Assembly (NCBI GenBank): GCA_964464605.1
Contig: CAYXJN010000004.1
Coordinates: 1-64,000 of the forward strand
Length of the DNA stretch: 64,000 nucleotides
Source: an uncultured Ignavibacteriales bacterium
Lineage (GTDB): Bacteria > Zixibacteria > MSB-5A5 > GN15 > FEB-12
Reading direction: 5' to 3'
Positions 38,206-47,742 of the stretch are shown here, one piece after another (position 1 is the stretch's first letter; every line of letters starts with the position of its first letter). The position numbers and the translations under genes are program-made. The notes beneath the pieces were generated by a model that searched no databases, was not told the DNA's origin, and saw only the letters and a program-made list of their open reading frames with translations.

Positions 38206-40044
38206 ATGCGGTTTCTGCATCTGTTGTTTGTTGTCTGTCTGCTCTTTGTGATGCCGCAGATAGTTTCTGCCGCTCCGCAGGCGAATAACGCACCGGTTTC
38301 TATCAACGTTTCTCTTGATCCGGATTCTATCGGTGTCGACAATCAGGCCGCACTTACAATTACAATTAACGGTGTCGATCAAAATCTTCCCGCTCCCGAA
38401 TTGCCGGAAATTGCCGGTGTAGAGTTTTATTCGCAAGGACGCTCAAGCAATGTCAGTATTATCAACGGGCAGGTGTCCGCATCAGTGACGTATCGCTTCC
38501 TGCTGTTACCTGCCGCACCGGGAAGCTACCATATTGGCGGGATTCGTGTCGAGAAGGATGGCAAACGGTACGAAGCGACTCCGGTAACGCTGACGGTTTT
38601 AAAAACTTCTCCGAAACAACAGCCACAAAAAAGAGTGCAGCGTGTCGATGAGGTTCCGGAGTCGGAAATGAGCGGAGCGGGCAGGGATTACTTCTTGGAT
38701 GCTGTCGTGAGTAAAAAGAATCCGTACGTCAGCGAACAAGTCACATTAACGCTCAAGTTTTATTACGCAGTACAAATTTACGGCAGCCCCCAATTGACTG
38801 AACCGGCAACCACCGGTTTTTGGACGGAAGTGCTCGGCAACTCTGCGCCGTATTATCAAAAAGTGAACGGTCGCAATTATCGGGTGATCGAACGGAAATA
38901 CGCACTATTCCCGACCCAAACAGGAGATTTGACTATCGGCCGTGCGATCATTAAAGCAACGATAGCCGGTCGCGGCGCCAAACAGGTCGACCCGTTCGAT
39001 ATGTTCGGCAGTGTGTTTGGCCGCGGGGTGGAAGTAACCGTGTCCAGCCAGCCGATTCGTATCAATGTTAAAGCATTGCCGGATGCCGGAAAGCCGAAAG
39101 GATTCACCGGAACAGTCGGAAAATTTACGGTTGTTGCACGGGCCGACAAAACAGAAGTCGAAGTCAATCAACCGGTGACCGTTACCTTTCAGATAAGCGG
39201 TAACGGTAATATCAAATCGGTCTCTGAACCGGAAATGCCGGATCTACCGGATTTCCGTATCTACGGTTCATCTACCAATGAAAGCGTATCCGAAAATGAT
39301 GACCGTATCGGCGGCGCAAAACTGTATGAAAAAGTCTTTATACCGAAACGGCCCGGAGATATCGAAATTCCGAGCATTAATTTTACCTTTTTCGATCCGG
39401 ATGCCGGTCAGTACAAAACTGTCGCCACCAAACCGATTAAACTGACCGTGCAAAAAGCGGAAGGGTACACCGGAGATCCGCAAGTACCGTTCTCTTCGCC
39501 TTCAGTAACAGTCGGAAGGCAGGCACAGGATATTCGCTATATCCGCACGGAACTGGGTGAAACGCAGCCCATCGGCGAAATGCTTTTGACAACCCCCACA
39601 TATATACTCATTAACGGTATCCCTGTGGTCGTGTTGGCAGGGTTAGTTATCGCCAGACGGCGGAGAGAACATCTGGCGGCGAATGTCGGCTACGCCCGTT
39701 CACAGTCGGCCGGAAGAGAAGCGCGCAAACGCTTGGCCAAGGCACGTTCATTGGCAAATCTGTCGAGTTCGCAGCAGTTCCATACGGAAATTCATCGGGC
39801 ACTGACAACATACATAGCAGACAAACTAAACGTTTCACCGCATGGACTGACGATTGACGGTATCGAATTGATGCTCCGTCAAAAAGGGGCAGATGATTCG
39901 CTCATATCCGGCGTCGCCGATATCTGGAAAAAGTGTGATTTCGCCCGTTTTGCGCCTTCCTCGGTTTCACAGGAAAGTATTGTGTCGTTGTTGGGACAGA
40001 CCGAAGAGGTAATGAGTCGTATCGAAGAGGTGCGGCTTGGGTAA
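38206..40044 (+). CDS. batD: BatD oxygen-tolerance protein
   Basis: SNVSIINGQ, YALFPTQTG, FTGTVGKF, ISGNGNIK, FFDP. Confidence 0.88.
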   Translation: MRFLHLLFVVCLLFVMPQIVSAAPQANNAPVSINVSLDPDSIGVDNQAALTITINGVDQNLPAPELPEIAGVEFYSQGRSSNVSIINGQVSASVTYRFLLLPAAPGSYHIGGIRVEKDGKRYEATPVTLTVLKTSPKQQPQKRVQRVDEVPESEMSGAGRDYFLDAVVSKKNPYVSEQVTLTLKFYYAVQIYGSPQLTEPATTGFWTEVLGNSAPYYQKVNGRNYRVIERKYALFPTQTGDLTIGRAIIKATIAGRGAKQVDPFDMFGSVFGRGVEVTVSSQPIRINVKALPDAGKPKGFTGTVGKFTVVARADKTEVEVNQPVTVTFQISGNGNIKSVSEPEMPDLPDFRIYGSSTNESVSENDDRIGGAKLYEKVFIPKRPGDIEIPSINFTFFDPDAGQYKTVATKPIKLTVQKAEGYTGDPQVPFSSPSVTVGRQAQDIRYIRTELGETQPIGEMLLTTPTYILINGIPVVVLAGLVIARRRREHLAANVGYARSQSAGREARKRLAKARSLANLSSSQQFHTEIHRALTTYIADKLNVSPHGLTIDGIELMLRQKGADDSLISGVADIWKKCDFARFAPSSVSQESIVSLLGQTEEVMSRIEEVRLG

Positions 40045-40786
40045 GCGTAATGTCATATTCACCCTGATTCTTTTTTCCATCGGTGGTATTGCCCAAGCCG
40101 ATGATTCCCGTTTTGCGGCCGGAAACGCCTATTACGAAAAGGGTGCTTTTGACAGCGCCATTACACAATATGAAGCAGTGCTGGCAACCGGCGTTGAGTC
40201 TGGATCAGTATATTTCAATCTTGGTAATGCCTATTTCAAACAAGGGGATTTAGGCCGGGCGGTCTTGAATTATCTGCGCGCAAAACGACTCGATCCGGCA
40301 GCTGAAGATATCACCAGTAATTTGGAATTTGCCCGACAGTTTTCCCGTGTCCAAATGGAAGGTGTTGAATTAAGCCCTGTCGATGCATTCTTGGACTCGC
40401 TTGTTGGAAAGTATCGACTAAACACGCTGGCGTGGTGGTCAGCGCTCTTTTTCATCCTGTTAATCGGTACGCTGATTGTTCGTTTCGGACTTGGGTATAA
40501 TATTTTGTCGATGAAAGCGGGGACATGGGTAATGCTTGTCCTTTGTCTCACCGCCGCAGGATTGACGACCTATAAGTACCGTAATGAATATGTCGTGAAA
40601 CGCGGGGTCATAGTTGCGCAGGAAGCCACTGTCTATTCGGGCCCTTCAGCGACCGCCAGCGAGGAATTTCAGGGCTCACCCGGTCTGGTTATCGAAGTAG
40701 TCGGTGAATCATCGGGGTATTTGGATGTTCTTTTCGAGAACAAACGGCGCGGCTGGCTCAAGGCTGATGCCGTTATCCTGATGTAG
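40037..40786 (+). CDS. batE: BatE TPR/SH3 protein
   Basis: YFNLGNAYFK..GRAVLNY, two TM helices, C-terminal SH3-like GWL. Confidence 0.85.
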   Translation: MGKRNVIFTLILFSIGGIAQADDSRFAAGNAYYEKGAFDSAITQYEAVLATGVESGSVYFNLGNAYFKQGDLGRAVLNYLRAKRLDPAAEDITSNLEFARQFSRVQMEGVELSPVDAFLDSLVGKYRLNTLAWWSALFFILLIGTLIVRFGLGYNILSMKAGTWVMLVLCLTAAGLTTYKYRNEYVVKRGVIVAQEATVYSGPSATASEEFQGSPGLVIEVVGESSGYLDVLFENKRRGWLKADAVILM

Positions 40787-40899
40787 CCCGTAACTCATTG
40801 CCGATTGAGCAGTTTATCGGTTGACACATTTCCCGTTTACCCCCTATTTTGCCTGAATACTTATGTAGTCGGGTTGAATGAAACGTATGGTGGACAGGT

Positions 40900-41940
40900 A
40901 TGCTGCTCAAGAAAAAACGCTTTTGGGGGATAGTTGTTGCCATTCTCCTATTGGCATACTGCGCCAAAGATATCCGCACGCATGACCTGGTGGAGCTTAG
41001 CTCACGGGTTAATTACTGGCATTTGTTTCTTTCCATTATTTTCTCATTCATCTTTGTCATTTCACGGGCAGTTCGCTGGCGGAGTATGGTCCATCGCTAT
41101 GCGCCGATCCCGATGGTAAAAGCCTGCGGCGTGTTTTCCGCCGGACAAATGCTCAACATGACCTTGCCTGCTCTCACCGGCCAAGTCGGACGAGTAATTT
41201 TGTTCTCGAAGCAGGCGGGGCTTCGCAAGAGCCATATTGTATCGACTGTCGTTCTTGAAGTCGTTTTCGATGCTCTCAGCATGGTCTTCTTCCTGCTTTT
41301 GACCTCGATGGTGTTCGTATTTCCGGATGAATACCGTTTTATCAGCATTTTGGTTTTTGGCGGAACACTGCTGATTCTGGCTATTTTGTATGCGGTGATT
41401 TTTTCCAAACGTCAGGTAGAAGGATTTCTCAAACGATCGATTCGTCCGCGCTGGCCGCGTGTGTATGTTTCTACCACCCGTTTCTTCCGCTCATTTTCGA
41501 AAGGTCTCAACCTGCTGAAGTCGAGTCAGGATGTCGCCTTCTCACTCGGTATTTCACTTTTTGCTTGGGCGGCGCATGCGGCGAGTATTTATTTTCTGTT
41601 TAAAGCTTTTGCTTTTCATCTGCCGTTCGCTGCGGCAGCCGCAGTCATGATTATCAGTACCCTTGCTTTGATGATTCCGATAACCCCCGGCAATGCCGGT
41701 ACCTTTGAAGTGGCGGTGAGCACATCGCTCATTGCTTTAGCCGTTCCAAAAGCAATGGCGGTCATGTTCGCATTGACGCTGCATATCGTGGATATAATCC
41801 CGGTATTCGTCCTGGGAATTCCGTTCTTTGGCGCAAAGTCAAAGGGGGAAATCGATTTGAACGCTGAACCGTTGCCGACCGAAGCAAAATCGAAAATCGC
41901 GCAGCGTCCGAAAGTGGTTGGACATCGGGGGAGTAAATGA
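40900..41940 (+). CDS. Lysylphosphatidylglycerol synthase TM-domain (flippase-like) protein
   Basis: RAVRW, NMTLP..G..GR, PITPGNAGTFE; multi-TM. Confidence 0.85.
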   Translation: MLLKKKRFWGIVVAILLLAYCAKDIRTHDLVELSSRVNYWHLFLSIIFSFIFVISRAVRWRSMVHRYAPIPMVKACGVFSAGQMLNMTLPALTGQVGRVILFSKQAGLRKSHIVSTVVLEVVFDALSMVFFLLLTSMVFVFPDEYRFISILVFGGTLLILAILYAVIFSKRQVEGFLKRSIRPRWPRVYVSTTRFFRSFSKGLNLLKSSQDVAFSLGISLFAWAAHAASIYFLFKAFAFHLPFAAAAAVMIISTLALMIPITPGNAGTFEVAVSTSLIALAVPKAMAVMFALTLHIVDIIPVFVLGIPFFGAKSKGEIDLNAEPLPTEAKSKIAQRPKVVGHRGSK

Positions 41941-42905
41941 TTCGCACCTTTATCTACCGCCCCGGTGAAAAGGTCAAAGTCGAAGAGGGAGTAAAAAACT
42001 TCGACCGTCTGGCCGCCGAACCGGATACCGTGCTCTGGGTTGATTTATGCAAGCCGTCTGATGAGGAATCATTCATCCTCACTCATGATTTCAGGTTCCA
42101 CCCGTTGGCGATCGAAGACGTAATCTCCGAAAAATCCCGCACAAAAATCGATGATTACGAGTCGTATGTCTTCTTCGTGTTTCAGATTGTCGATTATGTC
42201 GGGCGGGAAGAAGGACTGAAAATCGGTGAAGTAAGCATGTTCTTAAGCAAGAACACGCTCGTTACGATTCACTGGGATGAACACCGGATTTTTGAATATC
42301 TGTATCATCGCGCCGAGCGGGATGAGCGGCTTATGTCTCGCGGCGTTGATTTCCTGTTTCATGCCTTAGTCGACACGATTGTCGATAACTACAACGCCAC
42401 GCTCGATATTTTAGAATATGAAGTCGATCAGGTAGAAGAAGATGTTCTGGGGCAGCCGCAGGGAGAAACGGTAAAGCTGATTTTCGCGCTTCGCCGGGAT
42501 ATTGTACAGCTTCGCCGAATCGTGTTACCGCAAATGGAAATCGTCAACCGTCTTGCGCGGGGTGAGTTCAAGCTGATTTCGCAGCGCGCGGCAATGTATT
42601 TCTCCGACGTTCACGACCATCTGCTGCGGGTAAATGATATCGCCGACTCCCACCGCGATTTACTGCATACCTCGCTGGAAGTTTATTTTTCATCGGTAAC
42701 CACCAAGACAAACGAAATTATTAAAGTACTCACGATCTTTACCGTGCTTTCTATTCCGCCGCTGTTTTTGGTCGGGTTATGGGGGATGAATTTCTCCTTC
42801 ATGCCGGAACTGAAGTGGAAGTACGGCTATTTGTTCGCGTGGGGAGTGATTTTGGGGGTCGTGCTCTTGATGGTCGTCTATTTCCGGCGCAGAAAATGGC
42901 TCTAA
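41937..42905 (+). CDS. corA: Magnesium/cobalt transporter CorA
   Basis: FHPLAIED, KVLTIF, GMNF..MPEL. Confidence 0.95.
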   Translation: MIRTFIYRPGEKVKVEEGVKNFDRLAAEPDTVLWVDLCKPSDEESFILTHDFRFHPLAIEDVISEKSRTKIDDYESYVFFVFQIVDYVGREEGLKIGEVSMFLSKNTLVTIHWDEHRIFEYLYHRAERDERLMSRGVDFLFHALVDTIVDNYNATLDILEYEVDQVEEDVLGQPQGETVKLIFALRRDIVQLRRIVLPQMEIVNRLARGEFKLISQRAAMYFSDVHDHLLRVNDIADSHRDLLHTSLEVYFSSVTTKTNEIIKVLTIFTVLSIPPLFLVGLWGMNFSFMPELKWKYGYLFAWGVILGVVLLMVVYFRRRKWL

Positions 42906-42982
42906 TTTGAAAATTTCGGGCACTTTTACCTATATGGAACGTTATCCGTAGATATGTTTTCAAAAGCCAAAAGAACTAGCGT

Positions 42983-44608
42983 ATGAAAGAGTTGATTTCA
43001 CCAGCCCGAACATTGGGTTTCCCGCCAATTTTTATCGATTATTTAAGCGGGGCAGAATCTGCGCGGCATCTGTATTTCGGAACTTCTCCGGAAAGCGTGG
43101 CCGAACGTCTTGATTCGATTTCGTATGATCGCGCTTTTATGGTGAATATACTCACCGAACAAAACCGCCGTTTTCAGGCCGCGCCGCCGACTTTTGCGAA
43201 TATCGAAAAACTGGAAGATCCCCGTACGCTATGCGTGTTTTCCGGTCAGCAAGCTGTTCTGTTTGGCGGACCATTATTGATCGTGCTCAAAGCAATCGCG
43301 CTGGCAAAACTCGCCGAAAAACTTTCCAAACAACTCAGCCGTCCGGTTGTGCCGGTGTTTTGGGTGGCTGGGGATGATCATGACTTCGCTGAGGTCAATC
43401 ATACCTGGTTGTTGAACCGTTCCGGTGAACCGGTCAAGATTTCGTACGACACCCCGCCCGCACAACCGGTTTCTATCGGCGAAGTGACATTTACCGATCG
43501 AGCTGCTTTAGAGAAAGCGAAGCAGTCAGTCTTTGAAGCGCTTGGCCAATCCGAGTTTACCCCGGCGATTCAAGAGATAATCGAGAAAGCGTACGCGCCG
43601 GGCCGGTTGATGACCGATGCTTTCGCGGTGCTTATGGCATCACTCACACAATCGCTCGGTGTTATCTATTTCTGCCCGACCGATGACCGCGTGAAACAAC
43701 ATGCCGTACCGTTTTTCAATTCGATTATCAATCGCCAAACCGAACTGCACCAGATGGAACTCGACACCAACCGGGAAATTATTCGTTCCGGCTATCATGT
43801 GCAGGCGGAAAAAAGCGAAGACGCCGCGCATCTGTTTTATTCCTCCAACGGCCGCGTACCGATTCATAATAATGACAACGGCTTTACGACGGTCAACGAA
43901 CATTGGACGGTTGATGAGTTACTTGTCCGCATTACTTCCGAGCCGCAAAAGTTTTCTGCCGATGTTATCACCCGTCCGATTTTACAGTCATATTTGTTTC
44001 CGGTCGTCAGTCAGATCGGCGGACCATCGGAAATTGCCTATCTTGCGCAGGTGAATCCATTATTTACTCTCTTTAATCTCGTACCACCGTATTACACACC
44101 GCGCCCGTCCGGAACGTTTGTGGAAGCCCGTTTTGTCAAACTGATGCAGGAATACAAAATCAAGTTTGCCGATTTAACGGGGGATATCGAAACCATTATC
44201 AATCGTGTCCTTGCAGAATCATTCCCAAAAGAATTGGAAAGCAACTGGAAGCAAGTAGTTGAAAATGTCAATGCGCAGTTCGATCAGTTTTCGGAAACGT
44301 CGCTGCAGTTTGATCCGTCGCTAAAAGAATTCGCCAAACAGGTCAAAGGGAAAGTGGAATTCTCAATGAAAACCTTTGAAGAGAAACTCTTTTCCTCGCA
44401 TAAGAAAAAATCCAAAGATGTTCGTGAACGCATTTATCGGCTTAATCACGCGCTCTTTATGAATCACGCGCCGCAGGAGCGGTCTTTGAATATCACCTAT
44501 TTCCTCGCCCGTTACGGAATTTCGTTTATTGATTTTATTTATCAGCAGATAGAGCTTGATCAGCCGGCGCATCAGGTTATTCCGCTCACGACGGGGGAGA
44601 ACAAATGA
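42983..44608 (+). CDS. bshC: Bacillithiol biosynthesis cysteine-adding enzyme
   Basis: SGQQ..FGGP, VPVFWVAGDDHDFAE, GGPSEIAY, PQER. Confidence 0.92.
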   Translation: MKELISPARTLGFPPIFIDYLSGAESARHLYFGTSPESVAERLDSISYDRAFMVNILTEQNRRFQAAPPTFANIEKLEDPRTLCVFSGQQAVLFGGPLLIVLKAIALAKLAEKLSKQLSRPVVPVFWVAGDDHDFAEVNHTWLLNRSGEPVKISYDTPPAQPVSIGEVTFTDRAALEKAKQSVFEALGQSEFTPAIQEIIEKAYAPGRLMTDAFAVLMASLTQSLGVIYFCPTDDRVKQHAVPFFNSIINRQTELHQMELDTNREIIRSGYHVQAEKSEDAAHLFYSSNGRVPIHNNDNGFTTVNEHWTVDELLVRITSEPQKFSADVITRPILQSYLFPVVSQIGGPSEIAYLAQVNPLFTLFNLVPPYYTPRPSGTFVEARFVKLMQEYKIKFADLTGDIETIINRVLAESFPKELESNWKQVVENVNAQFDQFSETSLQFDPSLKEFAKQVKGKVEFSMKTFEEKLFSSHKKKSKDVRERIYRLNHALFMNHAPQERSLNITYFLARYGISFIDFIYQQIELDQPAHQVIPLTTGENK

Positions 44609-45735
44609 ATATCGGTATCACCTGCTATCCGACCGCCGGCGGCTCCGGAATTGTCGCCACCGAATTGGGGCAGCAGTTAGCGATGCGCGGACACAACGTG
44701 CATTTTATCGCCTATGACATGCCGTTTCGCTTGGATCGCTTCCAACCGAACCTGCAATATCATGCCGTCGAATCGACTGCATATCCGCTGTTTAAGTTTT
44801 ATCCGTACTCGCTTCCTTTATCAGTAAAAATGGCAGATGTAGCCCGTAATCATAAACTTGATATCCTGCATGTTCACTATGCTATACCACACGCAACTTG
44901 CGCCTATTTAGCCAAGCAGCTTCTTGTCGACAGCGGTTCGAAACAGCCGAAAATCATTACAACGTTACACGGCACAGATATCACGCTGGTTGGCGTAGAT
45001 CCGACATTCTTTGATATGACCCGTTTTTCGATTCGTCAGTCGGACGGTATCACGGCGGTATCAAATTATTTAGCTGAAGAAACCCGTGAAGTATTCCATA
45101 TCGAAAAAGAGATTCGCGTCATTTACAATTTTATCGATACCAATCGCTTCAAACCTTCCTCAGTCGATTGCTCGCGTAAAGAATTCGCCAAGCCGGAGGA
45201 ATTCTTAATCGGCCATGTTTCCAATTTCCGGCCGGTGAAACGAACGCTCGATGTTATCGATATTTTTGATCGTATCGCCGCTGAACTTCCTGCGAAGCTA
45301 CTGTTGGTCGGGGAAGGGCCGGATACGACATTAGTACGCCGCGCAGTCACACGCAAAGGACTGACGGATAAAGTGATTTTTCAGGGAAGCCAAAGCAGAA
45401 TCGAAGCGATTCTGCCCTGTCTTGATCTGATGCTCATGCCCTCTGAAGATGAATCTTTCGGATTGGCAGCGCTGGAGTCGCTTGCCTGTGGTGTGCCGGT
45501 GATCGGTACGCTCAACACCGGATTAGTGGAAGTCATCAGCGATGGCAAGAACGGTTTCTTGCGCCCGATTGGAGATACCGCCGCGATGGCCTCTGCCGGA
45601 ATGCTACTGTTGAAAAATGCATCGATACTCGCTGAATTCAAGCGGGCGGCGCATACGATTTCGCATGAACGCTTCAACTCGCAAAAACTGATTACGGAAT
45701 ACGAGAGTTATTATAAGCAGGTGTTGAATGGATAA
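44605..45735 (+). CDS. bshA: N-acetylglucosaminyl-malate synthase (GT4)
   Basis: IGITCYPTAGGSGIVATELG, HVHYAIPHA, TLHGTDITLVG, SNFRPVKR. Confidence 0.95.
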   Translation: MNIGITCYPTAGGSGIVATELGQQLAMRGHNVHFIAYDMPFRLDRFQPNLQYHAVESTAYPLFKFYPYSLPLSVKMADVARNHKLDILHVHYAIPHATCAYLAKQLLVDSGSKQPKIITTLHGTDITLVGVDPTFFDMTRFSIRQSDGITAVSNYLAEETREVFHIEKEIRVIYNFIDTNRFKPSSVDCSRKEFAKPEEFLIGHVSNFRPVKRTLDVIDIFDRIAAELPAKLLLVGEGPDTTLVRRAVTRKGLTDKVIFQGSQSRIEAILPCLDLMLMPSEDESFGLAALESLACGVPVIGTLNTGLVEVISDGKNGFLRPIGDTAAMASAGMLLLKNASILAEFKRAAHTISHERFNSQKLITEYESYYKQVLNG

Positions 45736-46453
45736 ACCGGTTAAACTTGATGTTCTGGCGATCGCAGCGCACCCGGATGATGTCGAAATCACCTGCGGCG
45801 GATTACTTATCAAACTTGCTCGTAAAGGGCGCGCTGTCGGTGTTATTGATGTCACCCGAGGAGAAATGGGAACACTTGGCACGCATCATGACCGTTTGAA
45901 AGAGGCGGAAGCGGCTGCCAAAGTGATGGGGTTAGTCTATCGCGGCAATATGGGATTACCTGATTCCGCAGTTGAACATACTATTGAAAACAGCCGGAAA
46001 CTTGCCGTTATGATTCGGCAATTAAAACCGGAGATGGTGATTCTTCCGCATTGGGAACAGCGCCATCCTGATCATTTAGCCGTTTCAAAACTTGGCTATG
46101 ATGCCTGCTTTTTTGCGGGACTTAAAAAACTGCCGATAGAAGGGGAGCCATCCCGCCCACGGAAGGTTATTTATGCTTCGTATTATGAAGGGGAGAATTA
46201 TTCATTCTTAGTCGATGTTTCCGAGCATATCGAAGACAAATGCAAGGCGATTGCCTGTTATCATTCGCAGTTTGGTGATTTTGAAGCATCCAAGCAGGTT
46301 TTTCATTATAGCGGACAGGATATTTACACGCTAATGCGCACCCGTTGTGCGGATTTGGGGTATCGGGTGGCGGTCAATTTCGCGGAAGCCTATTTTCTGA
46401 AAGAAGACATTCTCATCGACGATCCGCTCTTAATGCCCGTGAAATCGATTTAA
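45728..46453 (+). CDS. bshB1: N-acetylglucosaminyl-malate deacetylase
   Basis: AHPDDVE, TRGEMGT, RHPDH; follows bshA. Confidence 0.92.
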   Translation: MDKPVKLDVLAIAAHPDDVEITCGGLLIKLARKGRAVGVIDVTRGEMGTLGTHHDRLKEAEAAAKVMGLVYRGNMGLPDSAVEHTIENSRKLAVMIRQLKPEMVILPHWEQRHPDHLAVSKLGYDACFFAGLKKLPIEGEPSRPRKVIYASYYEGENYSFLVDVSEHIEDKCKAIACYHSQFGDFEASKQVFHYSGQDIYTLMRTRCADLGYRVAVNFAEAYFLKEDILIDDPLLMPVKSI

Positions 46454-47064
46454 GCTTCATTCTCTTCGAGTTTTTTCCAATTAGGTTGCAAATCATCTAC
46501 AAACGCTAATTCAGGAGAAACTTCTACAAATACATCTCTGTTCCTGTATTGGAATTCTCGTGTTGGTATAGCGTACCTTTTTGATTTTTTCCTATCACTG
46601 ACATTTTCTGTCCATTTTTTGTAAAATATTGAAACGTAAATTGTAAAATTGTCTGGTCTTACTTTGCCGATTTTATTTCCAACCTCACCTAAATTAATGG
46701 TGTGATCTATACTGGATTGAGCAGGGAAAAATCTTCTGCTTCCTTCATTAGGTGGAAAATAATCAAATTGATTTTCGCATTTAAATCTGACATAAATGAG
46801 CCCAATTGCATCTGTCTTGGACAAATTCTCGATTTCGAAAGATAGATGCCCCGCTAAAAGAGTGCTTAATTCATTCGATGGGAAATGTTTGAGAGCTTTG
46901 ACTTGAATGACAGGTCTTGTTAAATATTCCGTTTGGCTGAGGCTGGCATTCATTGTGCGCCATGCAGCGATCAAAGTTCCCGCAAGAGCTATTAAAGTTA
47001 GTATTTCAATAGTCGGCTCAATGCTTTTCAACCATTCATTCATTCCGTAAAACCAATCACACAC
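46450..47064 (-). CDS. AT-rich hypothetical protein with one N-terminal TM helix
   Basis: 204-aa ORF (alternative start 47043); visibly AT-rich relative to its flanks. Confidence 0.6.
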   Translation of the reverse strand: MCDWFYGMNEWLKSIEPTIEILTLIALAGTLIAAWRTMNASLSQTEYLTRPVIQVKALKHFPSNELSTLLAGHLSFEIENLSKTDAIGLIYVRFKCENQFDYFPPNEGSRRFFPAQSSIDHTINLGEVGNKIGKVRPDNFTIYVSIFYKKWTENVSDRKKSKRYAIPTREFQYRNRDVFVEVSPELAFVDDLQPNWKKLEENEA

Positions 47065-47386
47065 TTTTCTTCATCCTCACCATCTGCCTGCCCTTAACTT
47101 CGGAACGAGCGAGGACACCGCGGGCTTCGAGGTCGAGTTTCACGCTGACGTAATACCACATCACACTGCCTGAAAACGTTTTGCCTATTTTTGATTCCAC
47201 TTTCTTGCCGAGCTGAGTGAAATTGACCTCCTTTTCTTTTTTCAGAATGTCGAAGATAGCGGTTTTGATTTGATCGTATTTCCCCTTGTCCATATTCACA
47301 CCCTTTTTCCCTTCAGGATGTTTACAGAGGATTTTTTCTAAAGCCGCTTTTTTCGGCTTTGCGGTTTTGGCTTTCTTGACTGGCAT
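47057..47386 (-). CDS. Small basic protein, DUF6958-like
   Basis: HPEGKKGVNM..KY..FSGSVMWY..VKLDLEARG; ATG 47386 with GGAG RBS. Confidence 0.75.
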   Translation of the reverse strand: MPVKKAKTAKPKKAALEKILCKHPEGKKGVNMDKGKYDQIKTAIFDILKKEKEVNFTQLGKKVESKIGKTFSGSVMWYYVSVKLDLEARGVLARSEVKGRQMVRMKKSV

Positions 47387-47400
47387 TTGCTTCTCCGTTT

Positions 47401-47418
47401 CACACCCTAAAGGGTGTG
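47401..47418. repeat. REP-like palindrome
   Basis: CACACCCT-AA-AGGGTGTG, perfect 8-bp stem. Confidence 0.5.
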
Positions 47419-47441
47419 CCACCCAAATTACGGTGTAGTTC

Positions 47442-47464
47442 AAAATAAAACAGGCGTCGCCTGT
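47442..47464 (-). terminator. Probable terminator after tRNA-Sec
   Basis: Minus strand ACAGGC-GAC-GCCTGT followed by TTTATTTT. Confidence 0.55.
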
Positions 47465-47497
47465 GCCTTTCGTGGGCGTCGCTATTAACGCTACCCG

Positions 47498-47587
47498 CGA
47501 AAGGGGTGGGAATCGAACCCACCAGGGACTTACAGCCCCCCGCACGGCTTTGAAGGCCGGGACCGCCACCAGACAGCATCCGCTTCC
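47498..47587 (-). tRNA. selC: tRNA-Sec (UCA)
   Basis: GGAAG 5' end, 6-bp D stem with TGGT loop, CT-TCA-AA anticodon loop, long variable arm, GTGGG-TTCGATT-CCCAC T arm, G73; selA and selB nearby; CCA not encoded. Confidence 0.92.
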
Positions 47588-47636
47588 GAAAGGAAGATAC
47601 TGTTGAACAAGAGAGCGAAGCAAGTAGTCGACTGAC

Positions 47637-47654
47637 CCCACAGCAAGCTGTGGG
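47637..47654. repeat. REP-like palindrome
   Basis: CCCACAGC-AA-GCTGTGGG, perfect 8-bp stem. Confidence 0.5.
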
Positions 47655-47742
47655 CGACTTCCGAATATAGAATGTGATGAGCTTCGCTTATAAACGCGGC
47701 GACGCCGCTTGACTGGAGACTAAAAAACGGCCAATTTTCATC

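Noticed and set aside
47387..47641. N-terminal extension of ORF 47057..47641
   Set aside because: It runs through tRNA-Sec and its terminator; ATG 47386 with an RBS is the credible start
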